Positions 48,530 through 58,289 of a DNA stretch of 64,000 bases are shown piece by piece. The DNA is from an uncultured Hoministercoradaptatus sp. (GTDB lineage: Bacteria; Bacillota; Clostridia; Lachnospirales; Lachnospiraceae): contig CAYRTA010000001.1 of NCBI GenBank assembly GCA_964427045.1, forward strand, positions 16,118 through 80,117, read 5' to 3'. The position numbers and the translations under genes are program-made. The number at the start of each line of letters is the position of its first letter. Position 1 is the stretch's first letter. The notes under the pieces are model-generated. The model saw only the letters and a list, made by a program, of their open reading frames with translations, made no database searches and was not told the origin of the DNA.

Positions 48530-49210
48530 ATGCGAATATTAATCGTGGAAGATGAGAAAGATTTGAATCAAATACTTGCGCAGAAGCTGAAGGCCGATGG
48601 ATACAGTGTAGATTGCTGTTATGACGGCCAGGAGGCCATGGATATTCTTTCTTATACGGATTATGATGGGATTATTCTGGATGTAATGATGCCAAAGGCA
48701 GATGGGTATGCGGTTTTGCGTTATCTGCGTGACAGAGGAAAAGCAACGCCCGTTTTATTTCTGACGGCAAGAGATGCAGTGGCGGAGCGTGTGCGGGGAC
48801 TGGATTGTGGAGCCAATGATTATCTGGTAAAGCCCTTTTCTTTTGATGAGCTATCGGCCCGTCTGCGTGCCATGATGCGCACCAGCTTTGGCATGATCAG
48901 TAATGTGCTGACGGTAGGTGATTTGACCCTTGACAGTGCTTCCCATGTGGTAAAACGAGGTGGAAAAGAAATCAGCTTGTCTGCCAAGGAGTTTGCCCTA
49001 CTGGAATATCTTATGCGCAATCAGGGAATTGTACTATCCAGAGAGAAGATCGAAAACCACATCTGGAACTTTGATTACGAGGGCGGCACCAATGTGGTAG
49101 ATGTATATATCAGCTATTTACGTAAAAAAATTGACGGCGGCCAGGATAAAAAATTAATTCATACGGTCCGTCAAAAGGGATATGTATTGCGGGAGGACAG
49201 CGGCAGATGA
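48530..49210 (+). CDS. OmpR-family response regulator
   Basis: ILIVEDE, ILDVMMP, FLTARD, DYLVKPF, NVVDVYISYLRKK. Confidence 0.95.
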   Translation: MRILIVEDEKDLNQILAQKLKADGYSVDCCYDGQEAMDILSYTDYDGIILDVMMPKADGYAVLRYLRDRGKATPVLFLTARDAVAERVRGLDCGANDYLVKPFSFDELSARLRAMMRTSFGMISNVLTVGDLTLDSASHVVKRGGKEISLSAKEFALLEYLMRNQGIVLSREKIENHIWNFDYEGGTNVVDVYISYLRKKIDGGQDKKLIHTVRQKGYVLREDSGR

Positions 49211-50631
49211 AAAACCTATCCATGAAAAACCTGTCCATTCGGCACAAGATAATATTCTGGTTTTCCACGGCCTTGCTTGTGGTTGTCTTTTTTGCTTACC
49301 TGGTTGTGTTTGCGGTCAGCAATCAGATCATACAGAAAACGATTCGCGACAATCTCATTGAGGCCGTAGAACATAATGTGGATGAATTTGAATTCTATTC
49401 ATATAAAAAGGAATTAGATGCCCGCAACGAGGTGGATGACTATATATATTATAACGATGGCTATTTAGTGATCGATGACGATTTTCTGGATCAGGTCAAT
49501 CAGGTCTATACTGGTTTGTATGGCGATGGCGGCAGGCTGTTATATGGAGAAAATCCGATTTCCGTGGAGACTGTAGAACGAACCTTCACGGATGCGAAGG
49601 TGCAAAAAATCCGGGTTGACGGAATCCTTTATTATATCTTTGACCGGAAGCTGGAAAAGGAAGGTCTGGAAGGACTTTGGTTAAGAGGCGTGGTGTCAGA
49701 ACTGCAGGGCGCTGCTCAAATGTCAGATATCATCCGCATATCTTTGATTTTATTGCCGGTTTTAGTATTCTTTGCGATTATAGGCGGCAATCTCATTGCC
49801 AAGAGAACCCTGAGGCCGATTCAGGAAATTGCGGCGACTGCATCCCGGATTGGTGATGGTGATGACTTGAAGCAGAGAATCGAGTTAGGGGAGGGGAAGG
49901 ACGAACTGCATCAACTGGCGGATCAATTCAATGGAATGTTTGAACGGCTGGATAAGGCTTTTGAGGCGGAAAGGCAGTTTACCTCCGACGCTTCTCACGA
50001 ACTGCGTACGCCTCTTACTGTGATTATGGCCCAATGTGATTATACATTGGAAGAGACGCGAAACGTGGAAGAATATGAGAGGGCCATCGGGGTAATCCAA
50101 AGGCAGGGAAGAAAAATGTCCAGGCTGGTCCGGGATATGCTGGAATTTACGCGCCTGGAAATGAGAGCCGACAGCTACCAAAAGGAACCGGTGTCCATGA
50201 GCGAGTTGGTTTCTTCTATTTGTGTGGATATGGCATTGATAAGAGAGCAGAATATTACCCTGACCTGGGAGGCGGATGAAGGAGTTGTTTGTTATGGGAA
50301 CCGGCAGCTTCTCTCACGGATGTTGATGAATCTGATAAGCAACGCGTACCGGTATGGAAAGGAACAGGGTCATATTGCGGTCTCACTAAAAGGGGACGAT
50401 ACAGGAATCAATCTGCTTGTTTCAGATGATGGCATTGGCATCGCGAAAGCGGAACAGGATAAGATTTTCCGGCGGTTTTACCAGGCCGATGTTTCCCGTA
50501 CAGATGATGGCACAGGTTTAGGTTTGGCGATGGTATATGAGATCGTCCAGTTCCATGGCGGACTGATCCGGGTAGAGAGTGCGTTGGGTGAAGGGAGCAC
50601 TTTTGCGGTCTGGCTTCCAAGGCAGAAATAG
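49207..50631 (+). CDS. HAMP-domain sensor histidine kinase
   Basis: Two TM helices, HAMP, ASHELRTPL, NLISNA, DDGIGI, GTGLGL. Confidence 0.95.
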   Translation: MKNLSMKNLSIRHKIIFWFSTALLVVVFFAYLVVFAVSNQIIQKTIRDNLIEAVEHNVDEFEFYSYKKELDARNEVDDYIYYNDGYLVIDDDFLDQVNQVYTGLYGDGGRLLYGENPISVETVERTFTDAKVQKIRVDGILYYIFDRKLEKEGLEGLWLRGVVSELQGAAQMSDIIRISLILLPVLVFFAIIGGNLIAKRTLRPIQEIAATASRIGDGDDLKQRIELGEGKDELHQLADQFNGMFERLDKAFEAERQFTSDASHELRTPLTVIMAQCDYTLEETRNVEEYERAIGVIQRQGRKMSRLVRDMLEFTRLEMRADSYQKEPVSMSELVSSICVDMALIREQNITLTWEADEGVVCYGNRQLLSRMLMNLISNAYRYGKEQGHIAVSLKGDDTGINLLVSDDGIGIAKAEQDKIFRRFYQADVSRTDDGTGLGLAMVYEIVQFHGGLIRVESALGEGSTFAVWLPRQK

Positions 50632-50717
50632 TTTTTTTCTTATTTTTTATCGTTCTAATATTTCTTTAATTTTCTGTGGTTATAATAGCAGTATCAAAAG
50701 GAAAGAGGTGAAAGACG

Positions 50718-51533
50718 ATGAAAAATACGAAGAGAATAGTACAGATTGTTGTAGGTGTTATCGTAGTTTTAGTGATCATTGGTTTAGGGAGTTTTCTGGG
50801 CGCGCGGGCCCTTGCAAAAGAGTATATAAAAAAGGACTTGCAGACGAAAGCGGTAAGCGGTGTAAGCGATACGGCTCAAGATACCAGGAACGATGACAGG
50901 GTTTTGAGTGCCGATACGGAGAACGATACACTGGCCCAGAATACAGAAAATAATGCAGCGGACCAGAGCACAGAAAATAATGCGGCGGTGCAGAATACAG
51001 AAAAAGAGGACGCCGCCAGTCAGGATAATACCAATTCTGGCAAGAAAGGGAAATCAGCACAGGCAGGCCAGACTACAGATGATCAGATTACGTTGGAGGA
51101 AGCAAAGGAAATTGCCCTGGCAGATGCAGGGGTGTCCGATTCGGAAGTAACTTATACGAAGGATAAACTGGATTATGATGATGGAATTGCCGTATATGAG
51201 TTGGAATTCTATACTGCTTCTCAGAAATTTGAGTATGACATTAATACTGTTTCAGGAGAAATTGTGACGAAGAAAGCAGAGATATGGAATACGTCATCGA
51301 AAAAAGGTTCCAATACGTCCGGCAGCGGCAGTTATATTGGCGTTGATAAGGCGAAAGAAATAGCCTTAACACATGCGGGATTCTCAGAGTCAGAGGTCAC
51401 CTTCTCAAAAGCCAAACAGGATAAGGATGATGGCCGTATGGTATACGAAGTGGAATTTTATAAAAACAAAAAAGAATATGAATATAAAATTGACGCCACA
51501 TCAGGCACCATATTGGAATATGAGGTCGATTAG
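50718..51533 (+). CDS. Membrane-anchored PepSY-domain protein
   Basis: N-terminal TM, QNTENNAA low-complexity repeats, two AKEIAL..AG...D.DDG..VYE.EF....YEY.I....G.I units. Confidence 0.88.
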   Translation: MKNTKRIVQIVVGVIVVLVIIGLGSFLGARALAKEYIKKDLQTKAVSGVSDTAQDTRNDDRVLSADTENDTLAQNTENNAADQSTENNAAVQNTEKEDAASQDNTNSGKKGKSAQAGQTTDDQITLEEAKEIALADAGVSDSEVTYTKDKLDYDDGIAVYELEFYTASQKFEYDINTVSGEIVTKKAEIWNTSSKKGSNTSGSGSYIGVDKAKEIALTHAGFSESEVTFSKAKQDKDDGRMVYEVEFYKNKKEYEYKIDATSGTILEYEVD

Positions 51534-51652
51534 AAAACAGGAAATGTGAAAATAAAAAAGTGATCGATTAAAAAAAGATTATCGACAACTGAAATTTTAT
51601 GTGGTAGAATAGCGGTGCAAAAAATAAATGATTTGGTAAGCCGGCTTATTAT

Positions 51653-51703
51653 AAGCGTGAAATAGGGAAGGACAGCTTATCCTTCTTTATTTCACGTTTT
51701 TTT
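51653..51703 (+). terminator. Strong rho-independent terminator upstream of the MATE gene
   Basis: AAGCGTGAAATAGGGAAGGA-loop-TCCTTCTTTATTTCACGTTT plus T run. Confidence 0.85.
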
Positions 51704-51840
51704 GTTTCGTAGGAAATCATTCCATTTGGTTCTAAGCACAATATGGTTTCCTATGAACAAAAACGCTCCGCGCAGGTTTTTATGCTGTGCAGCGTACGTC
51801 TTTCTGGCTTGCGGTAAAGGAATAGGTTAAGGAGTTTGTT

Positions 51841-53208
51841 ATGAGAAAAGAAAATAAGATGGGCACAATGCCTGTGCCAAGACTGGTTATTACCATGTCT
51901 TTACCGATTATGGTCTCCATGCTGGTGCAATCCCTGTACAATATTGTGGATAGTATATTTGTGGCCCGGATCAGTGAATATGCTTTGACTGCTACCTCTA
52001 TTGCATATTCGGCCCAGATTTTACAGATTGCGGTGGCAGTTGGAACTGGTGTGGGCGTCAATGCGTTGGTATCCCGCTATCTGGGCGCCAAAAAGTTTGA
52101 TCAGGCCAACGAGGCGGCGACTACCGGTTTAGTCCTTACATTACTCAGTTCGGTTGTGTTTCTGTTGTGGGGAATTTTTGGAACAGAGGCATTTATCGGA
52201 CTTTTTACGGATGATCCCGATATTCTGAGGGCAGGGACTACCTATTTGCGGATATGTCAGTTGTTTTCCGCCGGTATTTTCCTGGGGACTTTGACGCAGC
52301 GGCTTTTGCAGGCTACGGGCCGCACCTTTTTCAGCATGCTGGCTCAGCTGGCCGGGGCGGCGGTAAATCTGATTCTCGATCCGCTTATGATTTTTGGAAT
52401 TGGGTTTTTCCCTGAAATGGGTATTGCCGGAGCCGCCATTGCCACAGTGCTTGGGCAGTGGACCGCCGCAGTCATTGGTTTAATTCTTAATTTTGTACAA
52501 AATAAAGAGATTCATTTCGTGTTTCGACATTATCGTATGCACAAAGAGAGCGTCCGGCTGATTTACCGGGTAGGCGCGCCCACGATTCTCATGCAGGCAT
52601 TCGGCAGTATCATGGTCGGTACCATGAATATGATATTGGTTATGTTCTCCACAACGGCGGTGGCTTTCTTTGGTGTATACTTTAAACTTCAAAGCTTTTT
52701 GTTTATGCCAATGAATGGTTTGGGGCAGGGAACCCTTCCTATTATCGGCTACAATTACGGCGCCAAGAATATAGATCGTATTCGTAAGGCATGTAAGGTG
52801 GCGATTGTGACCGGAGCTGCCATCGGAGGGGTGGGAACCATCGTCTTTTTGGCCATTCCCAGACAACTGCTCTTGCTATTTGCGGCCGGAGAGTCTATGC
52901 TGGCCATCGGTGTTCCGGCACTCCGGACCATTTCTCTGATGTTTGTGTTTGCGTCCATTACGATGATTATCGGCTATATTATCTCCGGGCTGGGAAATGG
53001 AACGGTTAATATGACCGCCGCTGCCATGCGGCAGATCGTTTTGCTGCTGCCCTTTGTGTGGATTTTTGGAAATATCGGGGGAATTTCCATGGTATGGTAT
53101 GCATTCTGGATTTCTGAAACCTGTGCATTCCTGTTTGCCGTATGGCAATTAAAAAAGCGGATTGGTTCTCTGGTAAGTACATCCGGTCAGACAGATGTAC
53201 ATATGTAG
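51841..53208 (+). CDS. MATE-family efflux transporter
   Basis: SMLVQSLYNIVDSIFV, NLILDPLMIFG..PEMGIAGAAIAT, IGYNYGA. Confidence 0.93.
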   Translation: MRKENKMGTMPVPRLVITMSLPIMVSMLVQSLYNIVDSIFVARISEYALTATSIAYSAQILQIAVAVGTGVGVNALVSRYLGAKKFDQANEAATTGLVLTLLSSVVFLLWGIFGTEAFIGLFTDDPDILRAGTTYLRICQLFSAGIFLGTLTQRLLQATGRTFFSMLAQLAGAAVNLILDPLMIFGIGFFPEMGIAGAAIATVLGQWTAAVIGLILNFVQNKEIHFVFRHYRMHKESVRLIYRVGAPTILMQAFGSIMVGTMNMILVMFSTTAVAFFGVYFKLQSFLFMPMNGLGQGTLPIIGYNYGAKNIDRIRKACKVAIVTGAAIGGVGTIVFLAIPRQLLLLFAAGESMLAIGVPALRTISLMFVFASITMIIGYIISGLGNGTVNMTAAAMRQIVLLLPFVWIFGNIGGISMVWYAFWISETCAFLFAVWQLKKRIGSLVSTSGQTDVHM

Positions 53209-53322
53209 TTTAGAGCCGCTCAGGCGGACTGCTTGCATTGTGAGAAGATTCCGTGCTATCATTACGGTAGTATAAGAAGAGAAGAAGATGCGAAGCGTTT
53301 AAGAAGCATCGATGGAGGTTCC

Positions 53323-53565
53323 ATGACAGATCAGGAATTAAGGCGTTTAAGCCGTGCCCAACTGCTGGAGATATTGTTGGAGCAAATGGAAGAAAACAGA
53401 AAATTGAAAGAACGTCTGGAGGAAGCCCGGGCGGAACTGGCCAATCGGCAGATTCTTATGAAAGAAACCGGCTCCCTGAAAGAGGCGGCAAAGAGACTGA
53501 ATGCGCTGTTTGAAACGGCAGACCGTGTCGCTAAGAATCGGAAACCGGAAAGCATGGGAGTTTGA
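53323..53565 (+). CDS. Small coiled-coil hypothetical protein
   Basis: MTDQELRRLSRAQLLEILLEQ..GSLKEAA; ATG follows GGAGG. Confidence 0.65.
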   Translation: MTDQELRRLSRAQLLEILLEQMEENRKLKERLEEARAELANRQILMKETGSLKEAAKRLNALFETADRVAKNRKPESMGV

Positions 53566-53616
53566 CAAACATACCGATAGTATGATAAAATATGCAACAT
53601 ACATACTGATGGTATG
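53562..53616 (+). promoter_or_regulatory. TetR promoter with two palindromic operators
   Basis: TTGACA at 53562, TGN-TAAAAT at 53583-53591; CATACCGATAGTATG (53570-53584) and CATACTGATGGTATG (53602-53616). Confidence 0.75.
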
Positions 53617-53633
53617 TTTTGGAGGTAAAAGCG

Positions 53634-54287
53634 GTGGCAAGAAATAAACATCCGGAAGAAACGGTCAATTTAATCATAGATGTTGCTTTTCGCCTGTTTA
53701 TGGAAAAGGGGTATGAGTACACATCAATCCAGGATATCATTGATCATCTTGGAGGACTTAGTAAGGGAGCCATTTATCATCATTTTAAATCGAAAGAAGA
53801 TATCTTGATTGCCGTTACGGACAAAATGACGGCAGAGTCCAATCGAATGCTGGCTGTTATTCGTGACCGCACGGACTTAAACGGGAAAGAAAAATTGAAA
53901 GCTATCTTTAAAGAATCCATAGGGCGCCCTGTGCAGGACGATATTTTTACGGTGGCCCCTGATTTTAGCAATAACCCCCGGCTTCTTTTCAGCCTTTTGC
54001 ACGATACGGTAGATGAGGTGGCGCCGAATTATATTTTGCCGATTATAAAACAGGGGATTTCTGACGGTTCCATTGAGACGGAATATCCGGAACAGTTGTC
54101 GGAATTAATTATTCTGGTGGCGAATGTTTGGATGAATCCAATGATATTTGATAATTCTGAGCAGGAGGCCTGCCGTAAATTTATGATATTCAGTCAGATG
54201 CTGAAAGGGTTTGGTTTAGATATCGTAGACGAGGAAATGCTGAGCAGGTTACAGGAATTGGCTGCTATTTATCAGAAGCATAAATAG
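53634..54287 (+). CDS. TetR/AcrR-family regulator
   Basis: LFMEKGYEYTSIQDI..GLSKGAIYHHFKSKEDI; GTG start follows GGAGG. Confidence 0.92.
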   Translation: MARNKHPEETVNLIIDVAFRLFMEKGYEYTSIQDIIDHLGGLSKGAIYHHFKSKEDILIAVTDKMTAESNRMLAVIRDRTDLNGKEKLKAIFKESIGRPVQDDIFTVAPDFSNNPRLLFSLLHDTVDEVAPNYILPIIKQGISDGSIETEYPEQLSELIILVANVWMNPMIFDNSEQEACRKFMIFSQMLKGFGLDIVDEEMLSRLQELAAIYQKHK

Positions 54288-54470
54288 GCAAAGAGCGGAC
54301 AGAAGGTAACTGCCAGAAGTACAAACAGGCAGGAGAACAACAGAAACAAAAAGTATCTGCCCTGTATAAGGGGCAGATATATTTTGAAACTGATACATAC
54401 CAACGTTCGGTATGTATCAGTTCGTGTATGTTTTTTGGACAAATACCTGGGAAAAATGGAGGGATGGAAG

Positions 54471-55709
54471 ATGAATCAAAAATTATTTGCAAGAGATTTT
54501 ACGTTGGTCGTTATCGGTCAGATTATTTCCTTGTTTGGCAATGCGGTAATTCGATTTGCACTGCCCTTATATTTACTAAATCTGACCGGTTCATCGGCAC
54601 TTTATGGAACCGTTACGGCATGTGCTTTTCTTCCCGCTATTTTGCTGTCGCCCATAGGAGGTATCGTCTCGGATCGGGTAAACAAAAGAAATATCATGGT
54701 GATTCTGGACTTTATTACGGCGGCAGTAATTTTAATATTTTCCCTTCTTATGGAGGGGCCCCATCTGATTCTTCTTTTGACAGCTACCCTGATGATTCTC
54801 TATGGCATTGCAGGGGCATATCAGCCTTCCGTACAGGCAAGTATCCCGGCATTGGTGCCGCAGGATCGTTATATGGAGGCTAATGCCGTTATTAACACGG
54901 TTAGCTCCTTCGCTTCTTTTATGGGGCCGGTCCTTGGCGGTGTGCTGTATAGTGCATATGGGCTAAAACCTGTATTGGTGGTTTGTATGGTTTGTTTTCT
55001 GCTGTCGGCGGTCATGGAGCTGTTCATCCATATACCCTATCGAAAGCCCATTTCCACTGGCAGCATGTGGACAATTGCGAAAAATGATTTTGCGGAAAGT
55101 ATTCGTCTGATTCGAAGAGGAAACCCAGTTATCGGCAAAACGCTTTTAGTAATCTGCGGACTCAATCTGTTTTTATCTTCCATGATTGTGGTTGCCTTAC
55201 CCTATTTGGTGACGGAAACCCTGGATTTGGAACCGGTGCTGGCAAACCGGCTGTACGGTTTTTCCGAGGGTGCGTTGGCAGCAGGAGGATTGGCCGGCGG
55301 TATCTGCGCAGGCGTGTTTGCCAGACAATGGGCCAGATGGAAGGCCTCAAATTTGCTCCTTGCCTGTACCTTGTGCGTATTTCCCATCGGTATTGCCTTA
55401 CTGCTTTTTTCCTCCGGAATGATAAACTACATCGTATTAACGGTATGTTGTTTTATCATTATGATAGGTTCCACGATTTTTACGGTGCGGATGATGTCCT
55501 TTATACAGGCTGAGACACCGCAGAATCTGGTGGGAAAAGTGATTTCCGTTGTTTTGACCGTTTCGATGTGTGCCCAGCCGTTGGGGAACGCGTTTTATGG
55601 TATTCTGTTTGAACTTTGCAAAGGGTCCGAGTACATCGTTGTCCTGTTTTCCGGCGTGATTTCGCTGCTTATTGCTGCTATTTACGCAAAAAGTATGCAC
55701 GAAAAATGA
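54471..55709 (+). CDS. MFS transporter (DHA3/macrolide-efflux-like)
   Basis: GQIISLFGN, GGIVSDRVNKRNIMV motif A, about 12 TM helices; start 54471 follows GGAGG. Confidence 0.9.
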   Translation: MNQKLFARDFTLVVIGQIISLFGNAVIRFALPLYLLNLTGSSALYGTVTACAFLPAILLSPIGGIVSDRVNKRNIMVILDFITAAVILIFSLLMEGPHLILLLTATLMILYGIAGAYQPSVQASIPALVPQDRYMEANAVINTVSSFASFMGPVLGGVLYSAYGLKPVLVVCMVCFLLSAVMELFIHIPYRKPISTGSMWTIAKNDFAESIRLIRRGNPVIGKTLLVICGLNLFLSSMIVVALPYLVTETLDLEPVLANRLYGFSEGALAAGGLAGGICAGVFARQWARWKASNLLLACTLCVFPIGIALLLFSSGMINYIVLTVCCFIIMIGSTIFTVRMMSFIQAETPQNLVGKVISVVLTVSMCAQPLGNAFYGILFELCKGSEYIVVLFSGVISLLIAAIYAKSMHEK

Positions 55710-55795
55710 AAATACTGTTATAATAAGGTATATTTTGGATACTGGTTACAGCTTCCTGTCAATACGGAAAGGAATAAGAGCAAAGGAGAACGCAG

Positions 55796-58156
55796 ATGCA
55801 TTGCAGAAAATGTGGAAAGGAAATCACGAATGACGGACGTTTTTGTCCCTACTGTGGTTATGATTACGGGAAGGATCCTGCGAAGCCATCCGTGGAGGAG
55901 AAGGGGAGGGCCGCTGACTATTATTATATAAAAAGAAGAAAGAATAAACGAACGATACGGATTTTACTGTCCATTATCATTTTGCTGCTTTTGGGTCTGG
56001 GAGGCTATACTGGCGGAACTTTATGGTATCGATCTTCCCATAGTGTCATACATACGGTTTCTTTTAACTGCCTTGCAGATGAGGAAACCTTGGATTTTGT
56101 ACCGGAAGGACAGCAGGTACATCATGGAGAAAAAGCTTCCTGTCCGGCTTTTCCGACACGGGAGGGGTATGTTTTTGATGCCTGGTATTCGGATCAGGCG
56201 TGTGAGGAGGCCTACGATTTTACTTCGGCGGTGAAGGAAGATATTATCCTGTATGCCGGATGGCTTGATGAAGATTCAGACCAGGCGCGATGGACGGAGG
56301 AAGAAATCGAAGGATTTCAAAATAGCGTGACGGAATTGTCCGCAGTTTATCAAGAATATGTGGAAGAAGATGGCTACATTCTTCCTGAAAATGAAGAAAA
56401 AGCCATGGCTGCGCTGGAGGACTGTGCAGAAACCCAGAAAGACCATGGCCAGGTTACTTATTATAGCAGAGAGGACAATACTCTTTATTTGGAGTATCCA
56501 GGTTGTCTGACGTATGTTTTGTATATTGCGCAGGAGGGTACGGATTCCGGAAATGATACGAATATGATTTTCCCGTTTTCTGATACGGAAGAAGGGAGGA
56601 GAATACTGGATGAGGCGCTGGAGGAAAATTGCGAGACGTGGCTGGACGGACGGACAACCACTAGCTGGAACGGCGATGTGCTGTGTACGGACGGTGAACT
56701 TTTGCAGAATCTGGATGGCTGTGACGTCTTTATCTGGCATGGACATGGCGGGTACACGTCACAGTTGGGCCCCTATTTGTTAAGCAGAGAAGAACCGGGT
56801 ATTTTCTCTGTGACCGATTGGTATGTTCTGGGCGCTGACCTGGTATTTTACAATAAACTGCTTCAGGGAAAATATATAACCATTGCCGGCTCCGGGGATA
56901 CTAACTACTATGGTATTACCTCAAAATACGTGGAAACCTATTTTCCGGAAATGGATGAGGCCATTGTGTTTCTGGGCGCCTGCCAAAGCGGAAGAGATTC
57001 CCGCCTGTCCGAGGCATTTATCGGTTTGGGTGCCAGTGTAGTTGTCTGTAATATGGGAACGGATAATATTAATACCATTTATAATGTGGGCAATATTTAT
57101 TCTATACTGAAATATATGTGCGGCCAGGGTGACGACGGTGTTTATCATACCATTGACGAGGCTTTGCAGCTATCCAAAAATGAATGGGGGCAGACAACAT
57201 ATACAGTTCAGATTGACTGGACTGGTTTGCAGGAAGGAGCGGAACTTTTCGAGGGTATTCTGAGCCGGCTGGATCTGACTATACAGATCGATGTGGGGGA
57301 TACAAGACCGGATTATAATCTGGGAAGTAATGGAAATCTGGACTATACCATGTGGGCCGGCCTTGAAGGCCAGCTTGTATCGGAAGAGGATCCGGACTCC
57401 GTAAGCGGTGTGGAATTAACGCTGCTGGATGAATCGGGCGCAACAGTATGCACTGCCGTTTCCGATAGCGATGGCAGCTTCTGCCTGGATAAGATTGCGA
57501 ATCATCAGGAAGGCGGTTATACCCTGGAGGGTTATAGTGACGGGGTAAATGTACTGGAAGTACAAGATATTTGGTGTCAGTCCCATTGTTATCAGAACTT
57601 GGGAGAGCTGGAAGTGAATTCCCAGGAGGTCAGTATGGCGCTGGCGGCGTATGCGAAATTACTCCGTTCCTATACCTCATCTTCCAAATATGAAGATCCC
57701 GTATTTCAATTGATTTATGTGGATGACAATGCCGTTCCGGAACTTGTGATAGCGGAGGAATCCTTTCATATGGCTGGCGCTTCCCTTTATACCTATTATC
57801 AGGGACAGGTGGTCAAGCTGGGTGAATTTGGGGCCTATGGTTATTTCCTCTATAGCGAAGGCAATAATCTGATTCAATATGAAGATTACCATACGGGTAC
57901 GGTGGTGAATATGTTCTGGGAGATAGAAGATGGAAAGGCAGTGCTTTTGAAAGAATTTTGGGCGGAAGCGACGGGGGTAGATTATGAGGAACTGACCAAC
58001 TTCAGAATCGGCAGCCAATTGACGTCCGAGACGGAGTACCAGACACAGTTAGACGCCATAACGGACGGAAAGCTATTTGCCGAGGCAGGCTTTGATACGG
58101 GCGTTGCCATCACAGAGTCAAATATAAAAAACATACTGGAAAAAGATTTTGATTAG
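55796..58156 (+). CDS. Zinc-ribbon / TM / InlB-B-repeat-like multidomain surface protein
   Basis: CRKCG..FCPYCG, TM helix, PTREGYVFDAWY..YDF...V..DIILYAGW repeat, HGHG and ACQS motifs, prealbumin/CnaB-like segment. Confidence 0.75.
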   Translation: MHCRKCGKEITNDGRFCPYCGYDYGKDPAKPSVEEKGRAADYYYIKRRKNKRTIRILLSIIILLLLGLGGYTGGTLWYRSSHSVIHTVSFNCLADEETLDFVPEGQQVHHGEKASCPAFPTREGYVFDAWYSDQACEEAYDFTSAVKEDIILYAGWLDEDSDQARWTEEEIEGFQNSVTELSAVYQEYVEEDGYILPENEEKAMAALEDCAETQKDHGQVTYYSREDNTLYLEYPGCLTYVLYIAQEGTDSGNDTNMIFPFSDTEEGRRILDEALEENCETWLDGRTTTSWNGDVLCTDGELLQNLDGCDVFIWHGHGGYTSQLGPYLLSREEPGIFSVTDWYVLGADLVFYNKLLQGKYITIAGSGDTNYYGITSKYVETYFPEMDEAIVFLGACQSGRDSRLSEAFIGLGASVVVCNMGTDNINTIYNVGNIYSILKYMCGQGDDGVYHTIDEALQLSKNEWGQTTYTVQIDWTGLQEGAELFEGILSRLDLTIQIDVGDTRPDYNLGSNGNLDYTMWAGLEGQLVSEEDPDSVSGVELTLLDESGATVCTAVSDSDGSFCLDKIANHQEGGYTLEGYSDGVNVLEVQDIWCQSHCYQNLGELEVNSQEVSMALAAYAKLLRSYTSSSKYEDPVFQLIYVDDNAVPELVIAEESFHMAGASLYTYYQGQVVKLGEFGAYGYFLYSEGNNLIQYEDYHTGTVVNMFWEIEDGKAVLLKEFWAEATGVDYEELTNFRIGSQLTSETEYQTQLDAITDGKLFAEAGFDTGVAITESNIKNILEKDFD

Positions 58157-58244
58157 GAATAGCAATAGCAATAGGTTTCTGACATACATTGCAGAACGGT
58201 TTACATGGGTGATCAGATAATCGAATATGGGAAATAAAAGTAAT

Positions 58245-58284
58245 GAGGTCATGCCATAGATGAATTATCTATATGCATGACCTC
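58245..58284. terminator. Hairpin between convergent genes
   Basis: GAGGTCATGC...GCATGACCTC inverted repeat. Confidence 0.6.
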
Positions 58285-58289
58285 TTAAT

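Noticed and set aside
51611-51703. Guanidine-IV riboswitch in the MATE leader
   Set aside because: A CCGG and a terminator are present, but the terminator loop lacks the complementary kissing sequence I would expect; cannot be assigned without a covariance search
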